Source of the DNA: an uncultured bacterium
GTDB taxonomy: Bacteria > Chloroflexota > Anaerolineae > Anaerolineales > UBA4823
Reading direction: 5' to 3'
Length of the DNA: 64,000 nucleotides
Assembly (NCBI GenBank): GCA_965603285.1
Contig: CBFDCK010000002.1
Span: 410-64,409 of the forward strand
Shown piece after piece: positions 21,262 through 31,182 of this stretch; within the stretch, counting starts at the first letter, position 1; each line of letters begins with the position of its first letter. A model generated the notes under the pieces. It was not told the DNA's origin. It saw only the letters and a program-made list of their open reading frames with translations, and ran no database searches. The position numbers were made by a program, and so were the translations under genes.

Positions 21262-21293
21262 CAGGCGGTCCTGACAGGAATGAACCCATCTGG
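21262..21293 (-). repeat. Degenerate copy of the 3' part (T-arm plus acceptor) of tRNA-Asp; candidate distal att repeat
   Basis: caggcggtcc is identical to 46731-46740. The next 17 nt match 13/17 (ctgacaggaatgaaccc vs ccgacgggattcgaaccc-type). After a 3-nt gap, atct.gg matches. aaatt just outside is also shared. Confidence 0.6.
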
Positions 21294-21595
21294 AATTAAA
21301 TTTAGGGGATAGAAATCGGTGTCGGTGTTTGGACCTAATGTTTCAAAAAAAAGAGTCCATTTAGCGTGCTTGAGAGCACACTTTTTCTGTTTTACAAAAT
21401 GCTCGCTTTTGTTTTTTAGTAGTTATCGGTCATACTCGTAGTATGCAAATACTTCATATTCAGTTGCCTGCCAGGTAAGTGTATCTCCTTGCGGGGTGAT
21501 TGTGCCAGCACGTACATTGATGCTCCCTAAATCCACGCTAACATAAACACCATTTGTATAATTCGTATGTATTCTTGATCGCTTTTTTGTTTCAA

Positions 21596-21618
21596 AAAGC
21601 CCTGATCTTCGGGGCTTT
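21596..21618 (-). terminator. Possible terminator hairpin after the ROK kinase gene
   Basis: 7-bp stem aaagccc/gggcttt 6 nt after the stop codon. The T-tract is weak. Confidence 0.3.
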
Positions 21619-21623
21619 GATCT

Positions 21624-22589
21624 TTATTTAAGGCTTTCAACTGCCCACATTGCTGCACCGATTACCCCTGCGTTTCCACCCAGTTGGGCTTGAAGAACTT
21701 CGACTTGTCCCACTGGCATGATAGTCACCCTCTCACGGAGTGTGCGCCGAATTGGCGCCAGAATTGGTTCACCAATTTGGGCCACTCCACCGGCAATTAC
21801 GATCTTGCGCGGTCCAATCGAAACGCAGACATTGGCAACCGCGATACCAATGTAGAATCCAGCATCTTCGATGATGGTCTGTGCTATTTCATCACCTTGC
21901 GCGGCGGCTTGGGCAATTACCCCGGGGGAAATTTTGTTAAGATCGTAATCTACCAACTCACCAATGATAGTGGTGCGACCCTGACAGACAGCTTTTATGC
22001 CATTAGCGGAAATCGTTGAGCCAGATGCATATGCTTCCAGACAACCGCGGTTGCCGCAACCGCAAGTAGGTCCATTGTAATCAATGATCTGGTGTCCCAA
22101 TTCGCCGCCCGTACCACCAATACCTAGGTGTAAGCGACCATTAATGACCAATCCACCGCCAATCCCAGTTCCAATCGCGAAGCAAGCCATCGTATCGACA
22201 CCTCTGCCAGCGCCAAAGCACCATTCCCCATAAGTGATTGCACGCGCATCGTTGATTATTGCCGTTGGCAACCCGGTGTAGTCAGCAATCGTGTCTCTTA
22301 AAGGCACCTCAGGCCAGGTTCCTGGCAGATTAGGCAATAAGAGCGTAAATCCACGTTCAAGGTCCAGCACTCCCGGCACACCGATGCCAATGCAGCGGAT
22401 GTCCTTTTTTGACAGGTCACCATCATTGACGACTTGCTCAATTAGCGCGCCCATGCGCGCCATCACGGCAGCATGACCTTCGCGCGCAAGGGTTGGGGTG
22501 GATCGCAGGTGATACACCTGCCCGCTTTCCAGATCGACAATTCCGGCGCGCAGGTTGGTACCACCCAGATCACAACCGATTATCTTCAT
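21624..22589 (-). CDS. ROK-family sugar kinase (glucokinase-like)
   Basis: Start taken at MKIIGCDLGGTN (ATG 22589), 1 nt after the upstream stop. Canonical ROK signature GELGH...CGCGNRGCLE. Confidence 0.85.
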   Translation of the reverse strand: MKIIGCDLGGTNLRAGIVDLESGQVYHLRSTPTLAREGHAAVMARMGALIEQVVNDGDLSKKDIRCIGIGVPGVLDLERGFTLLLPNLPGTWPEVPLRDTIADYTGLPTAIINDARAITYGEWCFGAGRGVDTMACFAIGTGIGGGLVINGRLHLGIGGTGGELGHQIIDYNGPTCGCGNRGCLEAYASGSTISANGIKAVCQGRTTIIGELVDYDLNKISPGVIAQAAAQGDEIAQTIIEDAGFYIGIAVANVCVSIGPRKIVIAGGVAQIGEPILAPIRRTLRERVTIMPVGQVEVLQAQLGGNAGVIGAAMWAVESLK

Positions 22590-22590
22590 A

Positions 22591-23505
22591 TTATTTAATG
22601 TAAGGACGCAGCACATCGCGGGACAATAAGAAACCTCGCTTGATTAAATCTTCGGTCTTTTCGAAAGCACGGTCCTCATGTTCGATGCTGATGACGTAAT
22701 CGTAGCCAACCCGGTAAAGCGCAGATATGAATTTGCCCCAATCGATATCGCCTAAACCGGGCAAGCGGGGTATCTGCCAGCCCATCCCTTGAGAAAGTAC
22801 ACCATTTTGGTAGAGACCCTCATGGTCAATCTCCATGTCCTTGGCGTGGACATGAAAAATCTTATCCCTGAACTCGTAGACCACGCGTTGGTAATCGATC
22901 ATCTGCAAGATCAGGTGTGAGGGGTCAAGATTCAAGCCAAAGTTATCATCGGGAATAATCTCCCACATTTTCTTCCAAATTGCAGGAGAACTGGCAAGGT
23001 TATTTCCGCCGGGCCATTCGTCGCAAGAGAAGATCATGGGACAATTTTCGATGGCGATATTGACTTGGTGCTCAGCACCAAATTTAACAATCGGGGGCCA
23101 GATTTCAGCAAAATCTTCCAAATTTTCTGGTAAGGTCTTATTCTTATCCTTGCCCACGAAAGTTCCCACGATAGGCACTTCAAGCAGTTCCGCTGCCAGG
23201 ATGACTTTCTTGAGATGCCCAATAACCACATCGCGGTGTGCGGGGTCCGGGTGCATGGGGTTGGGGTAGTAACCTAAAGATGAGATTAACAGTCCGTAAT
23301 CTTTCAAGACAGCATGAACTTCTTTTGCTTGGGCTACATCAAAATCGTTCAAATCGATGGTGGTAATACCGGCGTAGCGGCGAGCGGCTTTTTCGAGCGG
23401 CCAGCAAGCGATCTCCAATGTTTCAAAGCCACTTTCAGCAGACCAGGCTGCTACTTCTTCGAGTGGTTTGCCAGGAAATGCTGCAGTGAAAATTCCAAGT
23501 TTCAT
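22591..23505 (-). CDS. Sugar phosphate isomerase/epimerase (xylose-isomerase-like TIM barrel)
   Basis: 304 aa with AP_endonuc_2/XylI-like TIM features (MKLGIFT..., HVHAKD, SIEHED). Confidence 0.85.
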   Translation of the reverse strand: MKLGIFTAAFPGKPLEEVAAWSAESGFETLEIACWPLEKAARRYAGITTIDLNDFDVAQAKEVHAVLKDYGLLISSLGYYPNPMHPDPAHRDVVIGHLKKVILAAELLEVPIVGTFVGKDKNKTLPENLEDFAEIWPPIVKFGAEHQVNIAIENCPMIFSCDEWPGGNNLASSPAIWKKMWEIIPDDNFGLNLDPSHLILQMIDYQRVVYEFRDKIFHVHAKDMEIDHEGLYQNGVLSQGMGWQIPRLPGLGDIDWGKFISALYRVGYDYVISIEHEDRAFEKTEDLIKRGFLLSRDVLRPYIK

Positions 23506-23528
23506 AATTTATCCTCCAATAATATTAA

Positions 23529-24689
23529 TCAGATGGTGACATCAACCCACTCACCTTCTTTGGCGCTGTGTTCAATTGCCTCACAGAGCACCTGCTCGTA
23601 GTGTCCATCGGCAAAAGTGGGGAAATCTGTCGGGGCAGAATAATCTCCTGCTAAGATGTAGTTATAAACTTTGTTGTATAGTTGCTTGAAAGTATCTGGA
23701 AAGCCCTCATTGTGACCGCCGGGATAAGAAGCGGTGGTACGCGCTTCTGGAGAGAGCAGCGAGGGATCTTTCATCAAAACCTGGTTTGGTTGTGAGCGAT
23801 GCCCGATCCATAATTCGTTGGGGCGTTCCCCATTCCAAACCAATGAGGATAGCGAGCCATTGATCTCAAAGAAAATGCGATTCTTGCGACCAGAGCTGAT
23901 CTGTGAAACCGTCAAAATACCGCGGGCGCCATTTTCGTAATGCAGCAGCACGCTGGCATAATCTTCGGTGTGGATCGGTTTATCTTCGTAATCTTCAGGG
24001 GGCAATAATTTTCCGGTGAACGTTTCCAATGGTTTGAGTGGTTTCTTGCGAATTGGGTGGAAGGTCTTGAAATCGGCGTAAACTTCTTTGACTTTCAGAC
24101 CAGTGATAAAGGTCATCAGATCCAACCAGTGGGAACCAATATCCCCAATGGCGCGCAGCGTACCACCTAGCTCAGGCTCCAGCCGCCAATTCCAATCTGT
24201 AGGCAGCAGCAGCCAATCCTGAAGATAAGAACCTTGCAAGATGAAAATATCGCCCAAATCACCGTTTTGAACCATTTGGCGAGCTTGCTGTGCCATCGGG
24301 TAGAAGCGGATATTGAAGTTAATGACATTGACCAATTCTGTCTTCCGCGCAATTTTGACCAGATCGGCGGATTCCTGGCTGTTCATCGCCAGGGGTTTCT
24401 CACAAACGACATGCTTCCCGGCCTCCAGAGCAGCTTTGGCATGGGGGTAGTGTAAGTAGTTGGGGGTTGCCAGATGAATCACGTGAATATCTGGATCAGC
24501 CAGCATCTTTTCATAAGATGGATAGGCTTTTGTTATGCCTAATTCTGCAGCTTTATCCGATGCTAATTCTGTAGTCGCCTCCGCCAAACCGATCACCCGC
24601 ACATTATTTCGGCGCAACGCCTCCAGATGGGCTGGGCCGATGAATCCGGTGCCGACAATGCCAACATTGAGAGAATTTTTATCGATCAT
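23529..24689 (-). CDS. Gfo/Idh/MocA-family NAD(P)-dependent oxidoreductase
   Basis: N-terminal Rossmann motif [10 protein letters not shown] and the EKP motif (VVCEKPLA). Confidence 0.85.
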   Translation of the reverse strand: MIDKNSLNVGIVGTGFIGPAHLEALRRNNVRVIGLAEATTELASDKAAELGITKAYPSYEKMLADPDIHVIHLATPNYLHYPHAKAALEAGKHVVCEKPLAMNSQESADLVKIARKTELVNVINFNIRFYPMAQQARQMVQNGDLGDIFILQGSYLQDWLLLPTDWNWRLEPELGGTLRAIGDIGSHWLDLMTFITGLKVKEVYADFKTFHPIRKKPLKPLETFTGKLLPPEDYEDKPIHTEDYASVLLHYENGARGILTVSQISSGRKNRIFFEINGSLSSLVWNGERPNELWIGHRSQPNQVLMKDPSLLSPEARTTASYPGGHNEGFPDTFKQLYNKVYNYILAGDYSAPTDFPTFADGHYEQVLCEAIEHSAKEGEWVDVTI

Positions 24690-24740
24690 TCAACACTCCT
24701 TGATAAAACCTAACTGAGGGATATCTTTAGCAAGTAAAGG

Positions 24741-25487
24741 TTAGTAAGCTCCGGGATCTGAGTCATGTGGGGTTTCTATCTCCTGGTCATCTTGCTGAAT
24801 TTTGAATGTATCCAGGATCAAAGCGGTAGCGGTAGCACCACAGCGTGTGACACCCGCATCGATGACTTCGAGCAATGCGGGCAGTGTACGAACCCCACCG
24901 GCGGCCTTCACCTGCACTTTTTCGCTGACATTGGCCCGCATCAGGCGCAGATCATCAAGCGTTGCCCCGCTCGGTGCGAAACCCGTGGAAGTTTTTACCC
25001 AATCAGCCCCGGCTTCTTCACACAATTTACAAGCAGTCACTTTTTCTTCATCGGTGAGATAAGCATTCTCTAAGATAACTTTAACTTTCACCCCACGTGC
25101 ATGGGCAACATCACAAACTGCTTTTATATCCTCGCGCACATAGTTATATTTTCCAGAACGTAATTGGCCGATATTGAGAACCATATCCAGTTCCTTAGCA
25201 CCCTCATCCATGGCCAATTCAGCCTCAACCACCTTGACAGCAGTCAGGTTGCTCCCATGCGGGAATCCCACAACCGTGCTGACCAACACATCCGAATCTT
25301 TAAGCACTTCAGCAGCCAGATTGACATGGCAAGGTTTTACACAAACCGTCGCAACATGGTAACGGTGAGCCAGTTCGCACCCTTCAATAATATCTGTTTC
25401 GATTAATTCAGGTTTGAGTAGAGAATGGTCTATAACCTTGGCGAGTTGTTCATACGTAATCGTCTTACTATTTAGTGCGGTTGTCAT
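24741..25487 (-). CDS. deoC: DeoC/LacD-type class I aldolase (deoxyribose-phosphate aldolase-like)
   Basis: Start taken at MTTALNS (ATG 25487), 4 nt after the upstream stop. IDHSLLKP, VCVKP and the Schiff-base lysine context VKTSTGF. Has an acidic C-terminal tail. Confidence 0.8.
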   Translation of the reverse strand: MTTALNSKTITYEQLAKVIDHSLLKPELIETDIIEGCELAHRYHVATVCVKPCHVNLAAEVLKDSDVLVSTVVGFPHGSNLTAVKVVEAELAMDEGAKELDMVLNIGQLRSGKYNYVREDIKAVCDVAHARGVKVKVILENAYLTDEEKVTACKLCEEAGADWVKTSTGFAPSGATLDDLRLMRANVSEKVQVKAAGGVRTLPALLEVIDAGVTRCGATATALILDTFKIQQDDQEIETPHDSDPGAY

Positions 25488-25491
25488 TATG

Positions 25492-26577
25492 CTAGTTTCC
25501 TTGTTTCCATAAATCGATTGGTTTTGCTGCCGTTGGCGGGTCATATGGAAAGATAATTTTGCGCCCCTCCCCGGCTGACTGGTAGGCAGCATAAATGATT
25601 TTCAATACTTCACGGCCGTCCTGACCTGTTTCCATACAAGTTTCCTTACCGAGCACACAATTGATGAAATGCTGCATTTCCTGCGGGAAACCGTAGTTCC
25701 AAATCTCTTCGAACATGGTGAAGGTATAGCCTTTAGTGGCGCCGGATTTTTCTACAGCATAACCATAACCTTCTTCGGAGTAAGTGAGCAGTGAACTTCC
25801 ACGTAAGAGATCTGCGCGGGTGTGGCCTTTCACCCCATAAATCTCACAGCGATCATCAACGCCGCCACCTTTAGCCCAACTATTTTCCAGCATAGCGACT
25901 TTTCTATCCTCGTATTCGACGATTGTATAAGAATGATCTTCACCTTCAGTGCGATCCTGATGGATATATGTATCCATGAAAGCAGTGACGCTTTTGACTT
26001 TAGGCTTGCCTAACACCCAGCGAGTATACTCGATGGAGTGACAGCCCATATCCATCATTACGCCGCCCCCAGAGCGATTCACATCCCAAAACCAGGGCAT
26101 GTGTGGTCCAGGGTGCTCCTCAGACTGTTTAGCGAGGAACGGCTCCCCAATTGCACCCTCGTCAATTAGAGTCTTCGCCCGAACATACTTAGGCGCGAAG
26201 AGCAGCTCCTCTGCGTACATCAAGAGAACCCCAGCCTGATTGCAGGTCTCGATCATCTCATCAGCCTCTTCCAGGGTGACGCAGAGCGGTTTTTCAATTA
26301 TGACGTGTTTTCCAGCTTTAGCAGCATCTACGGTCACTTGGCAATGCAGGTCGTTGGGAATTCCCACAACTACAACATCGATATCTTTGTCTTCCAACAT
26401 TTCGCAGTGGTCACGATAAGCATCAGGAATGCCGCGTTCTTTAGCAAAAGTTTCAGCATTATTGGGGCTTACCACGGCAACCACTTCGGCGTTATGCACC
26501 CAATCTTTGATAGCAGCATAGTGGATATCGCTAACAAACCCCGCACCGACCATACCAACTTTTACTTTTTTGCTCAT
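25492..26577 (-). CDS. Gfo/Idh/MocA-family oxidoreductase
   Basis: VGMVGAGFVS Rossmann motif and EKPL motif. 361 aa. Confidence 0.85.
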   Translation of the reverse strand: MSKKVKVGMVGAGFVSDIHYAAIKDWVHNAEVVAVVSPNNAETFAKERGIPDAYRDHCEMLEDKDIDVVVVGIPNDLHCQVTVDAAKAGKHVIIEKPLCVTLEEADEMIETCNQAGVLLMYAEELLFAPKYVRAKTLIDEGAIGEPFLAKQSEEHPGPHMPWFWDVNRSGGGVMMDMGCHSIEYTRWVLGKPKVKSVTAFMDTYIHQDRTEGEDHSYTIVEYEDRKVAMLENSWAKGGGVDDRCEIYGVKGHTRADLLRGSSLLTYSEEGYGYAVEKSGATKGYTFTMFEEIWNYGFPQEMQHFINCVLGKETCMETGQDGREVLKIIYAAYQSAGEGRKIIFPYDPPTAAKPIDLWKQGN

Positions 26578-27081
26578 GGGATACTCCTAAACAATATAAA
26601 TTCCTTTGAAATAAATATCCGAAACCGCGCTGACGTCCATAAATTGGGATGAGGACAAGTTGTGATTCTCTAGTGAACACCACGATCAGGGACTTTGCGA
26701 ACGCCTTTATGGACCATTCACGCTCATTTATCCCAAAATTTTCTTCGCCACACCTCTGCCAGAGCTACCTCTGATCCGATTAGAAACTGCAACTCATGGT
26801 CTTACACAGCTTGGTACAACCCATCGGAATTATGGATGTTTCGAACAAGGTTAACCCGTCTTGACAATAGTCTTCAGCGGCATAGAATCTAGAGACCTTT
26901 CCAATTTTACCCGATATTCTCCCGTAGTATGTAAATATTTCATACCAAATGATATCCCCAGATATTTGGTATTCTGCAAACTCGTTTTAGGCCAAAATCC
27001 CCTGGCTGTATCTTTATTACTGCAAATCGATCCGTTTGTAATAGTTGTAAAGTCCGGCATCGCGCATTTCAGCGAAAGCTA

Positions 27082-28047
27082 TCAAAGATTGAGAGTGTCT
27101 CTAGTAATCAATATAGCGCCAACCAGCACGATCGAATCTCCCAATTCACACTTACCGATCTTATAGTTTTTATGGCTGCTTATGAATTCATATTTCTGCG
27201 CATATTTTTTGATCGGCTCGATCAGCAGATCTCCCATATTCGATACTCCGCCACCAATTGCAATCACTTCCACATTCACCAAGCAAAGCATATTCGCGAG
27301 TCCCAAACCCATTGAATAAGCAATCAGATCGATCTCTTTTAATGCGAATTCATCACAGGCGCGTGCCGCCTCCACCAGCTTGCGAGCATCGATAGCCTGG
27401 GCATCCCCGCCGGCCAACTCCATCAGGAACGAGTCATGGGGGACATATTTTGCCGTTCGCAAACGTTCTTCAATCGCCCAACCCGAACACAGGTTTTCTA
27501 TCTTTTCGGGTTTGCCCGGCTGGTCATGGGTCCAATCCGGCACATAAGTTTGCCCAAATTCTCCAGCGCCATATCCTTGACCATCATACAACTGTCCATT
27601 AATTACAATTCCGCCACCTACTCCGCTGCCCATATTGGTATAAAAGAAATATCGACTACCAACGCCGCTGCCATTGTTATATTCCCCCCAAGTAGCTGCA
27701 TTCGAATCATTGGCGATGACGGTTGGCAAGTTGAACTTCTCCTCAAACCAGGCTTTTAACGGAAAACCGCTCCAGCCGGGTATCTGCACCGATTTCAAAA
27801 CTTCGCCCTTAGCAGAATCGATCGGTCCGCCAAACCCACAGCCCAGCGCAACCAATTCTCCTTTCAGGTCACTAACTCTGGAAAACATCGCCGGTATATG
27901 GTCTTCAAGCCATTCCTGGATGCCTCGAGCGCCCGCATCGACATTCACTCTTCCCTGGTGTGTGTCAAGAATTTCACCATCACGGGAACTGATCGCTAAT
28001 TGAAGCTTGGTACCCCCGATTTCTACACCCAATATATATTTTTCCAT
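27082..28047 (-). CDS. Divergent ROK/ASKHA-type sugar kinase-like protein lacking the canonical zinc motif
   Basis: Start taken at MEKYILGVEIGGTKL (ATG 28047). The usual GEIGH..CxCGxxGC is replaced by GEFGQTYV...LCSG. Confidence 0.7.
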   Translation of the reverse strand: MEKYILGVEIGGTKLQLAISSRDGEILDTHQGRVNVDAGARGIQEWLEDHIPAMFSRVSDLKGELVALGCGFGGPIDSAKGEVLKSVQIPGWSGFPLKAWFEEKFNLPTVIANDSNAATWGEYNNGSGVGSRYFFYTNMGSGVGGGIVINGQLYDGQGYGAGEFGQTYVPDWTHDQPGKPEKIENLCSGWAIEERLRTAKYVPHDSFLMELAGGDAQAIDARKLVEAARACDEFALKEIDLIAYSMGLGLANMLCLVNVEVIAIGGGVSNMGDLLIEPIKKYAQKYEFISSHKNYKIGKCELGDSIVLVGAILITRDTLNL

Positions 28048-28180
28048 CTGATATGCTCCATCTTTTATATTATGCCCTGAAAAACATGTCATTCGGTTTG
28101 GCTGCATCCAAATCAGATATGGATAGCACATATTCCAATTATTTGTACGGTCAAACTAGCACTTATTGTTTCATTGCCCC

Positions 28181-28197
28181 ATAGATACGGATATATA
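28181..28197. promoter_or_regulatory. Candidate operator repeat, copy 1 (atagatacggatatata)
   Basis: 17-mer repeated 16/17 at 28253-28269, in the divergent region between the ROK-like gene and the GntR gene. Confidence 0.4.
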
Positions 28198-28220
28198 CTG
28201 CTATTTTCTGCCTTATTGGC

Positions 28221-28249
28221 TTGACAAAGGCGAAATTTGCCATTATTAT
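28221..28249 (+). promoter_or_regulatory. Sigma-70-type promoter for the GntR/sugar operon
   Basis: TTGACA (28221-28226), a 17-nt spacer, then TATTAT (28244-28249), about 70 nt upstream of the GntR ATG. Confidence 0.5.
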
Positions 28250-28252
28250 AAA

Positions 28253-28269
28253 ATAGATACGGATGTATA
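28253..28269. promoter_or_regulatory. Candidate operator repeat, copy 2 (atagatacggatgtata)
   Basis: Begins 4 nt after the -10 box, so it overlaps the expected transcription start. 16/17 identical to copy 1. Confidence 0.4.
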
Positions 28270-28317
28270 ACTAGGTGATTCCACCTTCAAGATTATATCA
28301 AGGATTTGGAGAGCGGA

Positions 28318-29085
28318 ATGCAATTCAGACAAAAAAGCGTTGAAGATATTGGCATCAAATCTGTAGATGAAAATAGCCCCATCCCGTTTTATCAACAGGT
28401 GCATATGGATCTATTGAATCTGTTGCAATCGGGTAAACTTCAGCCTGGAGATATGCTCCCCACTGAAAAAATACTCAGCGAAGCCTATCGTGTTGGTCGC
28501 CAAACTCTCCGTGAAGCCGTTACACGCTTGGTAAATGAAAATTTGCTGGAACGAACGCAGGGGCGCGGCACCGTCGTTTTGGCGGGTCAAAACCGCTTGA
28601 AATTCTTTTTGGATCGCAGCTTTGCCAAACAGATGATCGAAATGGGGTTAACCCCGCATTCCGAAGTTTTGCGTATCAATAGAGGACATATAGATGAAAC
28701 TTCTCCCTCTTCCCTACACAGCAAAATAGGGAGCAATTCCTTAGAATTGATCCGCCTCCGTTTTGGGGATGACACCCCCATCGGCGTGCAGTATACAACC
28801 ATCATCACCGACGCATGTCTGGAGTTAGGTGATGAGGATTTCGAAAAAGAATCATTGTACAGCTTGCTGCTGACCAAATACCGATTGTTAATCACCAGGA
28901 TTGACCACGTGGTCAGTGCCGTACTGGCTGATGAATGGCACAAATCCTTATTGAAATTTTCTGGGACTGCCCCCTTGCTGTTGGTTCATACGACTGCATA
29001 CCTTGATAACGGTGAGCCTATCGAGGCTTCCACCAGTTACTACAAAGCGGATAAATATGAATTCAGTGTTATTCAGAAATACTGA
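28318..29085 (+). CDS. GntR/HutC-family transcriptional regulator (wHTH plus UTRA domain)
   Basis: N-terminal GntR wHTH (LPTEKILSEAYRVGRQTLREAVTRLVNENLLER) and a UTRA-like C-terminal domain. ATG 28318 is preceded by GGAGAG. TTG 28306 is an alternative. Confidence 0.85.
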   Translation: MQFRQKSVEDIGIKSVDENSPIPFYQQVHMDLLNLLQSGKLQPGDMLPTEKILSEAYRVGRQTLREAVTRLVNENLLERTQGRGTVVLAGQNRLKFFLDRSFAKQMIEMGLTPHSEVLRINRGHIDETSPSSLHSKIGSNSLELIRLRFGDDTPIGVQYTTIITDACLELGDEDFEKESLYSLLLTKYRLLITRIDHVVSAVLADEWHKSLLKFSGTAPLLLVHTTAYLDNGEPIEASTSYYKADKYEFSVIQKY

Positions 29086-29141
29086 TATTCTCAAGAGCAA
29101 TATCCTAACCTTAAAAAAGTCTACTAATAAAGGAGTGCAAA

Positions 29142-30110
29142 ATGAGACTTGGCGTATACACCGTACTGTTTTCAGATTGGAGCCTTGAAGACACATTGAA
29201 ATATCTGACAACCAAGGACATCCACACAGTGGAACTGGGCGCCGGTGGGTATTCGGGCACTGCCCACGCTGACCCTGATATCCTGCTGAATAATGACAAG
29301 GCGTTAATTGAATTTATGGCGCTGCTGGATAAATATCAAGTCAAGATCAGTGCGCTCAACTGCTCGGGAAATCCAGTGTACCCTCAAAAGGACATCGCCG
29401 ATAAATTCCATTTGGAATGGGAGAAAGGCGTACAGTTGGCAGAAAAGATCGGGGTCGATACCGTCATCACCTTTGCGGGCTGCCCCGGTGGATCGCCGGA
29501 AGACAAATCCCAGAATTGGGTGACCTGCCTATGGCCGTCAGAAATCTGGCACACCATCCTGGACTACCAATGGAACGATGTGCTGATTCCTTATTGGAAA
29601 AAGGCCATAAAATATGCCGCCGATCATGGCGTTAAAGTAGCAATTGAACCGATTGCCGGATTCTGCGTCTACAACCCGGAAACATTCTGGCGACTGCGAA
29701 ACGGCATCGAGAGTGACAATATTGGCATCAATCTTGACCTGAGCCATATGTTCTGGCAGCAAGCGCAGCCGGAAGCTGTCATCCGTGAACTGCATGAAGC
29801 CATATTCCACTTTCATGCCAAAGACACACGCATTGACACCATCAATACAGCCAAGAACGGCGTACTGGACACGAAACACTTCAAAGAAGGTTTGAACCGC
29901 TCATGGAACCACCATTCGGTCGGTTATGGTCACGATGCCCTGGTCTGGAAGGACATCATCCGCAATTTGCGACTGGTCGGATACGATGGCACCATCAGCA
30001 TTGAGCATGAAGACCCTCTCGCTTCCAGGGAAGAAGGGCTCACTAAAGCGATCAATTTTTTGAGCGATATCATCTTAACCGAGGAACAACCAGAATTGTG
30101 GTGGGCATAA
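29142..30110 (+). CDS. Sugar phosphate isomerase/epimerase (xylose-isomerase-like TIM barrel)
   Basis: 322 aa. MRLGVYT..., HFHAKD, SIEHED. AAGGAG RBS. Paralog of 22591-23505. Confidence 0.85.
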   Translation: MRLGVYTVLFSDWSLEDTLKYLTTKDIHTVELGAGGYSGTAHADPDILLNNDKALIEFMALLDKYQVKISALNCSGNPVYPQKDIADKFHLEWEKGVQLAEKIGVDTVITFAGCPGGSPEDKSQNWVTCLWPSEIWHTILDYQWNDVLIPYWKKAIKYAADHGVKVAIEPIAGFCVYNPETFWRLRNGIESDNIGINLDLSHMFWQQAQPEAVIRELHEAIFHFHAKDTRIDTINTAKNGVLDTKHFKEGLNRSWNHHSVGYGHDALVWKDIIRNLRLVGYDGTISIEHEDPLASREEGLTKAINFLSDIILTEEQPELWWA

Positions 30111-30133
30111 TCGCCCACAAGGAGGATTGAGCG

Positions 30134-31165
30134 ATGACTATCAAGATCGGCATCATCGGCGCTGGAAGTATCGTGCGGTACAGACATCTCCCTGAAACGC
30201 GCGACAATGAACATGCTGAAGTCGGCGCGGTTTGCGACGTTGTTAGAGAAAGAGCTGAAGAAATGGCAGTTCAATATAACTGCAAATCATACACAGACTA
30301 TAAAGATTTGATTGCAGACAGAGAACTGGACGCCGTGATCGTGGCCGCCACCAATACAACACATGCAGAGATGACCATTGCTGCGCTACAAGCCGGTAAA
30401 GATGTGCTGTGCGAGAAGCCAATGGCAACCAACCTTGAAGACGCCCAGAAAATGATTGATACGGCTAAAAAGACCGGAAGGAAATTGATGATTGCCCATA
30501 ATCAGCGCTTGGAAGTCGCCAACCAAAAAGCGAAGGAGATCATCCAATCTGGAAAATTGGGAAAGGTACTAACTTTCCGCTCTGTATTTGGTCACCCAGG
30601 GTGTGAATATTGGGCTATTGATGGTGAGAGCACCTGGTTTTACAAAAAGAGCATTACCGCTATGGGCTGCCTCGGAGACCTGGCAATCCATAAGTTGGAC
30701 CTGTTGCACTGGATCATGGAAGACGATTATGTAGAGGTGTCCGCTTTTGCAGATACGCTCAATAAGACCTACCCGGATGGCACACTGATCGATGTTGAAG
30801 ATAACGCCACCTGCATATTGAGGACCAAAAAGGGCGCGACCGGCACAGTGATCGTCAGCTGGACCTACCAGAAGGAAGACAATAGCAGCACCTTCTACTG
30901 CGAAAAGGGTGTTTTACAGCTTTATGCCCATCCCGAATATTCCCTAATTGTTGATTACGATCATGAAAAAGCTGAGTATCACAAGACGGGTAAAAAATCT
31001 AGTAACGTCGAGCAAGTTAAATCAGGGATCATTGATGCCTTTGCAGATTGCATCATCAATGATACTGAACCGGCCATTCCAGGAACTGAAGGTTATAAAG
31101 CCTTAGAAACCGTATTGGCCTGCCTTGAATCGTCAAAAACTGGTATGGTTGTAAAAATCGCTTAA
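30134..31165 (+). CDS. Gfo/Idh/MocA-family oxidoreductase
   Basis: IGIIGAGSI Rossmann motif and VLCEKPMA. 343 aa. Confidence 0.85.
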   Translation: MTIKIGIIGAGSIVRYRHLPETRDNEHAEVGAVCDVVRERAEEMAVQYNCKSYTDYKDLIADRELDAVIVAATNTTHAEMTIAALQAGKDVLCEKPMATNLEDAQKMIDTAKKTGRKLMIAHNQRLEVANQKAKEIIQSGKLGKVLTFRSVFGHPGCEYWAIDGESTWFYKKSITAMGCLGDLAIHKLDLLHWIMEDDYVEVSAFADTLNKTYPDGTLIDVEDNATCILRTKKGATGTVIVSWTYQKEDNSSTFYCEKGVLQLYAHPEYSLIVDYDHEKAEYHKTGKKSSNVEQVKSGIIDAFADCIINDTEPAIPGTEGYKALETVLACLESSKTGMVVKIA

Positions 31166-31182
31166 TCCACGGAGAACAAAAC

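Noticed and set aside
21440-21623. Reading frame staying open for about 60 codons in-frame after the ROK kinase stop codon (..NGVYVSVDLGSINVRAGTITPQGDTLTWQATEYEVFAYYEYDR)
   Set aside because: It has no plausible start codon or RBS except a late GTG giving 37 aa. It may be chance or a relic, which is insufficient to call a gene or read-through.
26851-27060. 69-aa minus-strand ORF in the spacer after the ROK-like gene
   Set aside because: It overlaps an equally long plus-strand ORF. It has no RBS or recognisable motif. The spacer is kept only as a finding.
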